Source of the DNA: Delftia acidovorans NBRC 14950 | Lineage (GTDB): Bacteria > Pseudomonadota > Gammaproteobacteria > Burkholderiales > Burkholderiaceae_C | Direction of reading: 5' to 3' | DNA length: 32,000 bases | Assembly (NCBI RefSeq): GCF_001598795.1 | Contig: NZ_BCZP01000008.1 | Span: forward strand, 120,001 to 152,000 | Shown here: positions 15,536-23,808 of the stretch, piece after piece | How positions within the stretch are numbered: position 1 is the stretch's first letter | Layout of the letters: each line of letters starts with the position of its first letter | The notes under the pieces: model-generated | What the model was told of the DNA's origin: nothing | The model's database searches: none | What the model saw: the letters and a program-made list of their open reading frames with translations, nothing else | Made by a program: the position numbers and the translations under genes

Positions 15536-16210
15536 ATGATAAAAACTTTGACCACGGTATTGGCGCTGACTGTCGCATCTGTGACCCCTGTGGCACAGGC
15601 CCAGCAAAGCAAAGGTGACGCAAAGGCAGGGGAGGGGAAGATCGCCATGTGCATTGGCTGCCATGGCATCCAGGGCTACCAGGCCAGCTTCCCCGAGGTG
15701 TACAAGGTCCCCAAGATTTCAGGACAGGGCGCACCCTACATCGTGGCCGCGCTGCAGGCCTACCAGAAGGGCGAGCGCAAGCACCCCACCATGCGCGGCA
15801 TCGCCGATCCGCTGACCGAGCAGGACATGGCCGACGTGGCCGCCTACTACGCCGAGCATGGCGTGGCCAAGGCCGCCGACGCCAAGGTCCGCGAGCCCAG
15901 CACCCAGGTTGCCGCGCTGCTGCAAAAAGGGGCCTGCGTCTCCTGCCACGGCCAGGGTTTTTCCAAGCCCATCGACCCCAGCTACCCGAAGGTGGCGGGC
16001 CAGTATGCGGACTATCTGTACTCTGCCCTCAAGTCCTACAAGACCGAAGGCAACCCCCACATCGGCCGCAGCAACGGCGTGATGGCCGGCATTGCCAAGC
16101 AGTTCACCAACAGCGAACTCAAGGCGCTGGCCAACTACATCGGCAGCCTCGATGGCGAGCTGCAGACCCTGCCCCAGCCCCATTTCCGCCTCGGCCAGAA
16201 ATCGCAGTAG
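15536..16210 (+). CDS. cytochrome c4 (di-haem c-type cytochrome)
   Basis: The signal peptide is MIKTLTTVLALTVASVTPVAQA. There are two CXXCH motifs (CIGCHG and CVSCHG), each followed by a Met-containing distal region. I chose the start at Met33 of track ORF 15440..16210. Confidence 0.85.
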   Translation: MIKTLTTVLALTVASVTPVAQAQQSKGDAKAGEGKIAMCIGCHGIQGYQASFPEVYKVPKISGQGAPYIVAALQAYQKGERKHPTMRGIADPLTEQDMADVAAYYAEHGVAKAADAKVREPSTQVAALLQKGACVSCHGQGFSKPIDPSYPKVAGQYADYLYSALKSYKTEGNPHIGRSNGVMAGIAKQFTNSELKALANYIGSLDGELQTLPQPHFRLGQKSQ

Positions 16211-16232
16211 GTCGCGCCTTTCCTCCAAAGCA

Positions 16233-16257
16233 AAAGCCCGCAATTGCGGGCTTTTTT
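16233..16257 (+). terminator. rho-independent terminator after cytochrome c4 (possibly bidirectional)
   Basis: The sequence AAAGCCCGC-aatt-GCGGGCTTT is followed by a T6 run, 23 nt after the stop codon. It lies between two convergent genes. Confidence 0.6.
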
Positions 16258-16293
16258 CGGGCTTTGTTTCGAGCTTTGTTTCGGGCTTTGTCT
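16258..16293. repeat. 3 x 12-bp tandem repeat (CGGGCTTTGTTT / CGAGCTTTGTTT / CGGGCTTTGTCT)
   Basis: Read directly from the sequence. It starts at the 3' edge of the terminator, and each unit repeats the GGGCTTT of the terminator's descending arm. Confidence 0.5.
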
Positions 16294-16314
16294 TGAGGCG
16301 CTGAACGGCCGGAA

Positions 16315-16773
16315 CTATGCGCCGCCCGTGGCCTTGGCGCCGTCGCTGGTGGCGCGGCGCTGCACGGCGGCAATGTAGGCCTCTCCATCCGGGGGGCGGC
16401 CCGAGCGCTGGCTTTCCCAGAGCATCTGCCCCAGGCATTCCATGGTGGCGTGGTGGGCGTCGTGCAGCGAGTCCAGGCGGCGGCTGAGCAGCTCCACGGC
16501 CTGGCGTATGCCGCGCGGCTGGTCGATGCTGCACTGCTCGCTGATGGACAGGTGCATGGACAGGTGCAGGAAAGGATTGGTCACGCCGGGCGTGGCGTCG
16601 TAGTCGCGCAGCAGGGCGGCGTCCACGTCGGCGAGGTCATCGAAATACTCGGGATGCTCGGCAATCCAGAGGCTGGCCAGCGTCTCTATGGCCTCCATCG
16701 GCGCGCCGTTCAGCATCTTGGTGCGCACGCCGCAGAAAAAGCGCCGCACATCGGCTTGGGTGGGGTTGAACAT
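16315..16773 (-). CDS. DUF1841 family protein
   Basis: The sequence MFNPTQADVRRFFC...EHPEYFDDLADVDAALLRDYDATPGVTNPFLHLSMHLSISEQCSIDQPRGIR matches my recollection of DUF1841 proteins. The start is Met16 of track ORF 16315..16818. Confidence 0.7.
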   Translation of the reverse strand: MFNPTQADVRRFFCGVRTKMLNGAPMEAIETLASLWIAEHPEYFDDLADVDAALLRDYDATPGVTNPFLHLSMHLSISEQCSIDQPRGIRQAVELLSRRLDSLHDAHHATMECLGQMLWESQRSGRPPDGEAYIAAVQRRATSDGAKATGGA

Positions 16774-16850
16774 GGTGGCGCGCAGCGTAGCACGCAGCCC
16801 TTTTGGGCGGGCACGCAAGGACTTTGCCGAGAGCCCGCCGCAAGAAGAGG

Positions 16851-17450
16851 TCAGAGCACCTCGAAGACCCTGCCGGTCTGGGCGCCTTCCACGCTGCGCT
16901 GGTAGGCCAGGGCCACGCGGGCGGCGGGCACGGTCTCGAAGCCGGGGAAAACAGATCCATAGGCCTGGGCCGATTCGGTCAGCAGGGTGGGGCTCACGGC
17001 ATTGATTCGCAGGCCGCGCTGCAGTTCGACCGCAGCGCCGGTGACGAAGCCGTGGAGGGCGGCATTCACCGTCGATGCATTGGCGCCGTGGCGGATGGGC
17101 TCGGTGGCGGCGACGCCGCTGGTCAGCGTGATGGAGCCGCCGTCGCGCAGCCAGCGCTGGCCCAGCAGGGCTAGCCGCACCTGGCCCAGCAGCTTGTCCT
17201 GCAGGCCGGAGTTGAACTGCTCGGCCGTCATCTCGGACAGCGGGCCGAAATGCAGCTTGCCGGCCGTGCTGACGATGGCGTCCACCTGGCCGGCGGCTTC
17301 GAACATTTTCTGCAGCGTCTCGGGCTGCGTGAAGTCGGCGCGCAGGTCGCCGCTGTTGCGGCCCACGGTGACGATGTCATGGCGCGGGGCCAGCAAGGCG
17401 TGGACAGCGCGGCCAATGGTGCCGGTGGCACCGATGAGCAGGATCTTCAT
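16851..17450 (-). CDS. short-chain dehydrogenase/reductase family (NAD(P)-binding) protein
   Basis: The N-terminus MKILLIGATGTIGRAV is a Rossmann glycine motif. The 199-aa protein is divergent from a LysR gene. Confidence 0.75.
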   Translation of the reverse strand: MKILLIGATGTIGRAVHALLAPRHDIVTVGRNSGDLRADFTQPETLQKMFEAAGQVDAIVSTAGKLHFGPLSEMTAEQFNSGLQDKLLGQVRLALLGQRWLRDGGSITLTSGVAATEPIRHGANASTVNAALHGFVTGAAVELQRGLRINAVSPTLLTESAQAYGSVFPGFETVPAARVALAYQRSVEGAQTGRVFEVL

Positions 17451-17556
17451 GCGGTTTTCTTTCGGAAGGAGTGAACAGGCCTCCAGTGTTTTGCAAATTG
17501 CCTATGCCATAAAGTAGCGAAGTCTTTTTGTACTACTAAGCATTGGTTAGCAATCC

Positions 17557-18447
17557 ATGGACAAGCTGCGCAATATGGAGGTCTTCATGGCCGTGGTCGA
17601 GGACGGCAGCTTTGCCCAGGCCGCGCGGCGCCTGGACATCTCGGCCGTGATGGTGGGCAAGCATGTGCAGCAACTGGAAGCCCACCTGGGCGCACGCCTG
17701 CTGCAGCGCACCACGCGGCGCCACAGCCTGACCGAGGTGGGCCGCAGCTTCTACGAGGACAGCCGCCAGGTCTTCGAGCAGTTGCGCTGGGCCGAGTCTG
17801 CCGTGGAGCGCAGCCGCAGCGCACCCCAGGGCCTGTTGCGCATCAGCGCGCCGACCACGCTGGGCAACCATGTGATCGCGCCGCTGGTGGCCGACTACCA
17901 GCTGGCCAATCCGCTGGTGCGCGTGGACCTGCAACTGAGCGACAGCATGGCCGACCTGGTGGGCGAGAACATCGACGTGGCCGTGCGCATCGGCCCCGTG
18001 GGCGGCGAAGGCCTGGTGGCGCGGCCGCTGCAGCCCTATCGCATGGTGATTGCGGCGGCGCCCTCGTACCTGCGGCGGCGCGGGCATCCGCGTGGCGTGG
18101 ACGATCTGGCGCGCCATGACTGCCTGAGCTACGCGGTCTGGCAGCGCCGATCGGAATGGATTCTGCGCGGCGACGGCTCGGGTTCGGTGCAGTGGCCCGA
18201 AGACGCCCGCCTGCGCTGCAACAGCGGCGACGGGCTGCGCCATGCGGCGCTGCGCGGCCTGGGCCTGATCCTGCAGCCTGAGGTGCTGCTGGCCGCCGAC
18301 TTGGCCGCGGGCCGGCTGGTGCCCGTGCTGCAGGACTGCGTGCCACTGCCGCGACCGGTGCACCTGGTCTATCTGCCGGACCGCCGCCAGCTGCCCAAGC
18401 TGGCGCAGTTCGTGGACCACATGGTGCGGACGCTGGGCGCGGCCTGA
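17557..18447 (+). CDS. LysR family transcriptional regulator
   Basis: The N-terminal HTH is MDKLRNMEVFMAVVEDGSFAQAARRLDISAVMVGKHVQQLEAHLGARLLQRTTRR. The length (296 aa) and the C-terminal substrate-binding domain are typical. Confidence 0.9.
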   Translation: MDKLRNMEVFMAVVEDGSFAQAARRLDISAVMVGKHVQQLEAHLGARLLQRTTRRHSLTEVGRSFYEDSRQVFEQLRWAESAVERSRSAPQGLLRISAPTTLGNHVIAPLVADYQLANPLVRVDLQLSDSMADLVGENIDVAVRIGPVGGEGLVARPLQPYRMVIAAAPSYLRRRGHPRGVDDLARHDCLSYAVWQRRSEWILRGDGSGSVQWPEDARLRCNSGDGLRHAALRGLGLILQPEVLLAADLAAGRLVPVLQDCVPLPRPVHLVYLPDRRQLPKLAQFVDHMVRTLGAA

Positions 18448-18457
18448 GGCCCGGTTT

Positions 18458-20323
18458 TCAGGGGCCGGGCGGCGCCTGGTCCTTCTCCTGCTGCGCCTGG
18501 GCCTCCTGCCGTTCCTTGGCCATCTGCTCGACCAGTTGCTGGCGGCCCTGTTTGGCCACGGCAATGAGCTGGGCCTGGTCCTTGTGGTGGGGGTACATGC
18601 GCTCGATCAGCTCCAGGTTGTGCTCCCGAAAGCGCGTGGTGGTGCGCTGGGCCTCGGCAGGGCTGTGGCCTGCGAGTTCCAGCACGGTGCGCGCCGAGAC
18701 CAGGCTGGACTCGAAGACTTCCCGCTCGACATGGTGCACGCCCAGGTCGCGCAACTGGTACCAGTGGGCCATATCGCGCGCGCGGGCCACGATCTCCAGA
18801 TGCGGAAAGCGCTTGCGAACGCGGGCGGCGATCTTCAGCGATTGCTCGGAAGAGTCCACCGCGATGACCAGCACCCGCGCCTTGTCCGCGCCGGCAATGC
18901 GCAGCAGGTCCATGCGCGTGGCATCGCCGAAGAACACGCGGTAGCCGAAGGTGTGGGCCACTTCCAGCATCTCCACGCTGTGGTCGAGGATGGTGGCCGG
19001 CACGCCCTGGGTCAGCAGCACGCGTGCCACGATCTGGCCGTAGCGGCCAAAGCCCGCAATGATGATTTGCGCGTCCTGCGGCTCCGATATTTCATGGGGC
19101 CTGGCAGTCTGGCCCGCGCCGTCGACCTGGCAATCCTTCATGTCGGCAAAGCGCTTGAGCAGCAGCTTGTCCATCAGCACCAGCACCAGCGGGCCGATCA
19201 GCATGGACAGGGCCACGGCGGCCACCAGCATGGACGAGATGCTGTGGTGGAACACCTTGTACTGCGCCGCCGTCTGGAACACCACGAAGGCGAACTCCCC
19301 GCCCTGGGCCAGCAGCAGGGTGAACACCGGGCGCTCGCGCCAGGGCAGCTTCAGCACGCGGGCCAGGGTGTAGAGCACGGCGCCCTTGAGCGCCAGAAAG
19401 CCCAGCACCATGGCCGCCATGGCCCAGGGCGCGCGCAGCAGCACGCCGAAGTCGATGCTCATGCCCACGGCCATGAAGAACAGGCCCAGCAGCAGGCCCT
19501 TGAAGGGCTCGATGTTGGTCTCCAGCTCGCTGCGGTACTCGCTGTCGGCCAGCAGCACGCCGGCCAGGAAGGCTCCCAGCGCCATGGACAGGCCCACCTG
19601 CACCATCAGCATGGCAATGCCCACCACCAGCAGCAGCGAGGTGGCCGTGAAGATCTCGGGCGTGCGGCTGCGCGCTATCCAGCGCAGCAGGGGGCGCAGC
19701 AGCAGGCGGCCGCCCACCACCACGGCGGCGATGGTGCCTACGGTCTTGAGCACCTGCAGCCACAGGTGGCTGTCGGTGTGCGTGGCATTGGCAGCCTTGA
19801 CCGCGCCCAGGATGGGGATCAGCGCCAGGATGGGAATGGCGGCCACGTCCTGGAACAGCAGGATGGAGAAGCTGGCCTGGCCGCTGGGCGTGCGCATGAG
19901 GTTGCGCTCGGCCATGACCTGCAGGCAGATGGCCGTGGACGACAGGGCCAGGCCCATGCCCGCGATCAGGCTCACGCGCCAGGAAAAGCCGAAGGCCCAG
20001 GCCGCCAGGAACAGCACGCCCGTGCAGGCCAGCATCTGCGCCAGCCCCCATCCCAGGATGGGCCGGCGCAGCTCCCACAGGCGGCTGGGCTGCAGCTCCA
20101 GCCCGATCACGAAGAGCATCAGCACCACGCCGAACTCGGCGAAATGAAGAATGTCATCCACATTGCTGACAAGCGACAGTCCCCAGGGGCCCATGGCAAT
20201 GCCGGCACCCAGGTAGCCAATGATGGCGCCCAGGCCCAGGGCACGCGCAATGGGCACGGCCAGCACGGCGGCGGTGAGATAGAGAAAGCCGTAGGTCAGC
20301 CAGATGGGGGCGCTGTGTTCCAT
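18458..20323 (-). CDS. glutathione-regulated K+ efflux / CPA2 family cation:proton antiporter (KefB/KefC-like) with a TrkA-N domain
   Basis: The 621-aa protein has an N-terminal polytopic Na_H_Exchanger-like domain. This is followed by IIIAGFGRYGQIVARVL (Rossmann GxGxxG) and a C-terminal regulatory tail. Confidence 0.9.
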   Translation of the reverse strand: MEHSAPIWLTYGFLYLTAAVLAVPIARALGLGAIIGYLGAGIAMGPWGLSLVSNVDDILHFAEFGVVLMLFVIGLELQPSRLWELRRPILGWGLAQMLACTGVLFLAAWAFGFSWRVSLIAGMGLALSSTAICLQVMAERNLMRTPSGQASFSILLFQDVAAIPILALIPILGAVKAANATHTDSHLWLQVLKTVGTIAAVVVGGRLLLRPLLRWIARSRTPEIFTATSLLLVVGIAMLMVQVGLSMALGAFLAGVLLADSEYRSELETNIEPFKGLLLGLFFMAVGMSIDFGVLLRAPWAMAAMVLGFLALKGAVLYTLARVLKLPWRERPVFTLLLAQGGEFAFVVFQTAAQYKVFHHSISSMLVAAVALSMLIGPLVLVLMDKLLLKRFADMKDCQVDGAGQTARPHEISEPQDAQIIIAGFGRYGQIVARVLLTQGVPATILDHSVEMLEVAHTFGYRVFFGDATRMDLLRIAGADKARVLVIAVDSSEQSLKIAARVRKRFPHLEIVARARDMAHWYQLRDLGVHHVEREVFESSLVSARTVLELAGHSPAEAQRTTTRFREHNLELIERMYPHHKDQAQLIAVAKQGRQQLVEQMAKERQEAQAQQEKDQAPPGP

Positions 20324-20416
20324 GGGAGCTTGGGATCTTGGATTTGGTGTTTACCCTGGGGTGATTGATTGTGTCACTCTCACAGCTGGGTCAGCTTTCT
20401 GACAGGGTTAAAAATG

Positions 20417-20513
20417 CCCCCCACGCTCCCCTTGCTGCGCAAGGTCCGCTGCCCCTGGCCGGGCGCCCCCCGAGGGGGCCGTTTTCATCTTGGGGCGGCC
20501 CGGCGATGAAAAA
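20417..20513 (+). repeat. about 97-bp hairpin-rich intergenic repeat element, copy 1
   Basis: The sequence is CCCCCACGCTCCCCTTGCTGCGCAAGGTCCGCTGCCCC[TGGCCGGGCGC]CCCGAGGGGGCCGTTTTCATCTTGGGGCGGCCCGGCGATGAAAAA. It is near-identical to 21803-21885 apart from an 11-nt insertion and a few substitutions. Confidence 0.7.
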
Positions 20514-20620
20514 TGCCACCGAATGCTTCATCGCCCCATCCGGCTTTGCTGCGGCAGTGCGCCACATCGTCTGCACAGTTTTAAGATGCCGGCCTGCTCC
20601 GTATTTTTAAGGTGTTTGGC

Positions 20621-21250
20621 ATGGATTGGCACACTTGGATCGCTTACTTTGTGGCCTGCTGGATCATTGCGGTCTCCCCGGGCTCGGGCGCCGTGCTGTC
20701 CATGAGTCATGGCCTGTCGTATGGCGTGCGCAAGAGCAGCGCCACCATCTTCGGGCTGCAGCTGGGGCTGCTGACCATCTTGCTGATCGCCGGTGCGGGC
20801 GTGGGCTCGCTGCTGCTGGCCTCCGAATGGGCATTCAACGCCGTGAAGATCGTCGGCGCCTGCTATCTGATCTACCTGGGCATCAGCCAATGGCGCTCGG
20901 GTGCCGCGCCCCTGGCCACGCAGGAATCCATGCCCGAGCTCAGCGTGCGCCGCCGCGTGCTCACGGGCTTCCTGACCAATGCCACCAATCCCAAGGGCAT
21001 CATCTTCATGGTGGCCGTGCTGCCCCAGTTCATGACCACCAGCCGCCCGCTGTGGCTGCAGTTGCTGATCCTGGCCGCCACCATGCTGGCCGTGGACACC
21101 ATGGTCATGCACGGCTATGCGGCCAGCGCCAGCGCGCTGCGCGGCTTCATGCGCAGCGCGCGTGCGGTGCGCAGCCAGAACCGGGTCTTCGGCGCGCTGC
21201 TGATGGCCGTGGGCACGGGGCTGTTCTTCGTGCAGCGCGCCTCGCGCTGA
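20621..21250 (+). CDS. LysE/RhtB family amino-acid efflux translocator
   Basis: The N-terminus MDWHTWIAYFVACWIIAVSPGSGAVLSMSHGLSYG and the block NATNPKGIIFMVAVLPQF are classic LysE-family motifs. An alternative GTG start lies at 20612. Confidence 0.85.
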   Translation: MDWHTWIAYFVACWIIAVSPGSGAVLSMSHGLSYGVRKSSATIFGLQLGLLTILLIAGAGVGSLLLASEWAFNAVKIVGACYLIYLGISQWRSGAAPLATQESMPELSVRRRVLTGFLTNATNPKGIIFMVAVLPQFMTTSRPLWLQLLILAATMLAVDTMVMHGYAASASALRGFMRSARAVRSQNRVFGALLMAVGTGLFFVQRASR

Positions 21251-21326
21251 GCCCCTCCCTGGGCTAACCCTAGCCTGTCGCGCGCCCGACATGGAGCGCG
21301 CGGCACCGGCCCCTACCATTTGGGGC

Positions 21327-21791
21327 ATGAAAACCTTCCATTCCTATTCCGAAGTGCGTGCCTGCGTGGGGCAGGAAGTCGCCGTCAGCGACTGGATCAC
21401 CATCACCCAGCAGCAGGTGCAGCTGTTCGCCGATGCCACGGGCGACCAGCAATGGATCCATGTGGACCCCGAGCGCGCGTCCAAGGGCCCCTTCGGCGCG
21501 CCGATTGCGCACGGCTTTCTGACGCTGTCGCTGATCCCCCAGTTTTTCCAGAACTGCTTTCACATCGAAGGCGCGCAAATGGGCGTGAACTACGGCCTCA
21601 ACCGCGTGCGCTTCACCTCTCCCGTGCCCGTGGGCAGCCGCCTGCGTGCGCGCCTGACGCTGCAGGCCGCCGAGCCCATCGAGCCCGGTGGCCTGCAGAT
21701 GACCTGGCTGGTGACCGTGGAGCGCGAAGGCGCCGACAAGCCCGCCTGCGTGGCCGAGTCCGTGGCCCGCAACTACGGCGCCAAGGCCTGA
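21327..21791 (+). CDS. MaoC-like (R-specific enoyl-CoA hydratase fold) dehydratase
   Basis: The hot-dog fold hydratase 2 motif region is ITQQQVQLFADATGDQQWIHVDPERASKGPFGAPIAHGFLTLSL. The start is Met13 of track ORF 21291..21791. Confidence 0.85.
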   Translation: MKTFHSYSEVRACVGQEVAVSDWITITQQQVQLFADATGDQQWIHVDPERASKGPFGAPIAHGFLTLSLIPQFFQNCFHIEGAQMGVNYGLNRVRFTSPVPVGSRLRARLTLQAAEPIEPGGLQMTWLVTVEREGADKPACVAESVARNYGAKA

Positions 21792-21802
21792 ATCAAAACT
21801 GA

Positions 21803-21885
21803 CCCCCACGCTACCCTTGCTACGCAAGGTCCGCTGCCCCCCAAGGGGGCGCTTTTCATCTTGGGGCGGCCCGGCGATGAAAAAA
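21803..21885 (+). repeat. hairpin-rich intergenic repeat element, copy 2
   Basis: The sequence is CCCCCACGCTACCCTTGCTACGCAAGGTCCGCTGCCCCCCAAGGGGGCGCTTTTCATCTTGGGGCGGCCCGGCGATGAAAAA. It has the same orientation as copy 1. Confidence 0.7.
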
Positions 21886-21909
21886 GCCCGCAGGGGGCAC
21901 CTGCGGGCT
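21880..21909 (-). terminator. rho-independent terminator of the DUF4148 gene
   Basis: On the minus strand the sequence is AGCCCGCAGG-tgccc-CCTGCGGGCT followed by T6. It lies 37 nt downstream of the stop at 21946. Confidence 0.65.
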
Positions 21910-21945
21910 GGCTGCGTGGTGGCAGCGGTTGCGGGGGGCTGAGGC

Positions 21946-22251
21946 TCAGGCGCCGAAGTTCAGCTGGCCCGAACGCTCGGCTGCGGCGGCTTCGCGGCGC
22001 ACTTCATCGCGGCTCACGGTGGCGGTGGCAGTGTTCTGGATGGGCAGGTAGCCTTCGGCGACGGAGGGCATGGTGCCATTGGCCTGGGCGGCCTTGAGGT
22101 CGGCCATGACCTGGGCACGTGTCAGCGTGCTCTGGGTCTTCACTTCGGGCGGGTAGCTGCTGTTGTCGGCGTAGTCGAAGCCGGCAGCCTGGGCGGCGAT
22201 GGCGGAGATGGAGAGGGCGGCCAGGACGGCAAAACGGCGGGTGTTCTTCAT
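21946..22251 (-). CDS. DUF4148 domain-containing small periplasmic protein
   Basis: The signal peptide is MKNTRRFAVLAALSISAIAAQA. It is followed by ...TRAQVMADLKAAQANG... and ...SRDEVRREAAAA..., the repeated T/SR.(Q/E)V pattern I associate with DUF4148 in Burkholderiales. Confidence 0.65.
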   Translation of the reverse strand: MKNTRRFAVLAALSISAIAAQAAGFDYADNSSYPPEVKTQSTLTRAQVMADLKAAQANGTMPSVAEGYLPIQNTATATVSRDEVRREAAAAERSGQLNFGA

Positions 22252-22434
22252 GATTCAAGTCCTTTGTTTTGTTTCTGGGACAGGGCGTTCTTTGCGGAAA
22301 TCGCTTGGTAACGTAGAGCCCATGACTCAAATGTAGGACGGCTTGGAATCGGGAAAAACCCTTGGATTGGCAATGCGCTTTTTCAGCTGTTGAAACAATC
22401 GGCCGGGAACTTTTCGCCCGGTCCGGCCGATCGC

Positions 22435-22932
22435 TCAGGCCGCGCCGGCTGCTCCCTCGGCCAGGGCAGCGCCCATGAATTGCTGCTGGCGCCAGGCTTC
22501 GAACACGGTCACGGCCACGGCATTGGACAGGTTCAGGCTGCGCTGCTGCGGCAGCATGGGCAGGCGCAGGCGCTGCTGCGGCGGGAACTGCTCGCGCACC
22601 TCGGCGGGCAGGCCCTTGCTTTCGGAGCCGAACACCAGCCAGTCGCCAGGCTGGAAACCGATGGCGTGGGCGGGACTGCTGCTGTGCGTGGTCATGGCGA
22701 ACATGCGCTGGCGGTCCGGCTGGCAGTCCTGCAGGAAGGCCTGCCAGTCGGCATGGCGGCGCACGGGCGCGTACTCGTGGTAGTCGAGGCCGGCGCGGCG
22801 CATCAGGCGGTCTTCCATGGAAAAGCCCAGCGGCTCGATCAGGTGCAGGCTGCAGCCGGTGTTGGCGGCCAGACGGATCACATTGCCGGTATTGGGCGGG
22901 ATCTCCGGCGCGACGAGAACGATATGGAACAT
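22435..22932 (-). CDS. trmL: tRNA (cytidine(34)-2'-O)-methyltransferase TrmL (SpoU/TrmH family)
   Basis: The sequence MFHIVLVAPEIPPNTGNVIRLAANTGCSLHLIEPLGF...LVFGSESKGLP...LRLPM...RSLNLSNAVAVTVFEAWRQ is typical of TrmL. The start is Met43 of track ORF 22435..23058. Confidence 0.85.
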   Translation of the reverse strand: MFHIVLVAPEIPPNTGNVIRLAANTGCSLHLIEPLGFSMEDRLMRRAGLDYHEYAPVRRHADWQAFLQDCQPDRQRMFAMTTHSSSPAHAIGFQPGDWLVFGSESKGLPAEVREQFPPQQRLRLPMLPQQRSLNLSNAVAVTVFEAWRQQQFMGAALAEGAAGAA

Positions 22933-22984
22933 GGCCCGTATTGTCTCGCGGCGGCCTATGCCCCCGGGCCCCGAATCCCCACGA

Positions 22985-23719
22985 TCAGGGCGTGCGCGCC
23001 AGCACCAGGGCGCTGACCTCGGCCGCGCCTGCACGCCGCAGGCAGGTGGCCAGCGCATGCAGGCTGGCGCCCGTGGTCATTACATCGTCGATCAGCAGGA
23101 TCTTGCGGCCGCGCACATGGGGCAGTTGCGCCGGCGGCACCGCGAAGACCCCGCGCAGCTGGCGCAGGCGCAGGGCGCGCGGCAGGTCATGCTGGGCCTG
23201 TGCCGTGTGGGCGCGCTGCACGGCCTGGTGCCGCAGCTTGCCGCGGGTGGATGGGCCGGACAGCGCACGGGCCAGCACCAGGGCCTGGTGAAAGCCGCGT
23301 TCGCGCAGGCGCTGGGCAGACAGGGGCATGGGCAGCAGCAGATCGCATTGCTCCAGTTGCTCGCGCGCCCCGTGCTGCTCCAGCAGCAGGGCGGCCAGGC
23401 TGCGTGCCAGGCCGGTGTCTCCCCGGAATTTGAAGTCGCCGATCACCGTGTGCCAGGGATAGGCGTAGTCCAGCGCGGCAAGGCAGTGCGTCAGTGGCGG
23501 GGGCTTGACCAGGCAGGCGCCGCAGACCTGCTGGCCGCCGCTGGCGCCGTGCCCCGCTGGCAGCGGCATGGCACAAAGCCCGCAGCGCGCCAGCGGCCTG
23601 ACCCAGCGCAAGCGGCAGTCCTGGCACAGGCGCTGCGCCGGCCAGCGGCGGCAGACGGCGCACTGGCTGGGCAGGCCGGCATGCCAGTGCGAAAGCCATG
23701 ACGCAGGCAGGTTGGGCAT
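22985..23719 (-). CDS. ComF family protein (phosphoribosyltransferase domain)
   Basis: There are N-terminal Cys pairs (CAVCRRW...CQDC, CGLC...CGAC). The C-terminal PRT motif is KILLIDDVMTTGASL. The start is Met45 of track ORF 22985..23851. Confidence 0.8.
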   Translation of the reverse strand: MPNLPASWLSHWHAGLPSQCAVCRRWPAQRLCQDCRLRWVRPLARCGLCAMPLPAGHGASGGQQVCGACLVKPPPLTHCLAALDYAYPWHTVIGDFKFRGDTGLARSLAALLLEQHGAREQLEQCDLLLPMPLSAQRLRERGFHQALVLARALSGPSTRGKLRHQAVQRAHTAQAQHDLPRALRLRQLRGVFAVPPAQLPHVRGRKILLIDDVMTTGASLHALATCLRRAGAAEVSALVLARTP

Positions 23720-23808
23720 GGAGTCAATATACTCGCGCCGCGTCCGCCACCCCTTTGCTCCGGGGCCGGGCGCCTGTCTTTCGAGGAGCCCGGATTCCCC
23801 GCCCAGCC

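Noticed and set aside
16258-16293. Whether the short tandem repeats, or the two ~90-bp repeats at 20417 and 21803, could be a CRISPR array.
   Set aside because: The 12-bp units are contiguous with no spacers. The 90-bp copies are 1.3 kb apart with genes between them. There are no cas genes in the window.
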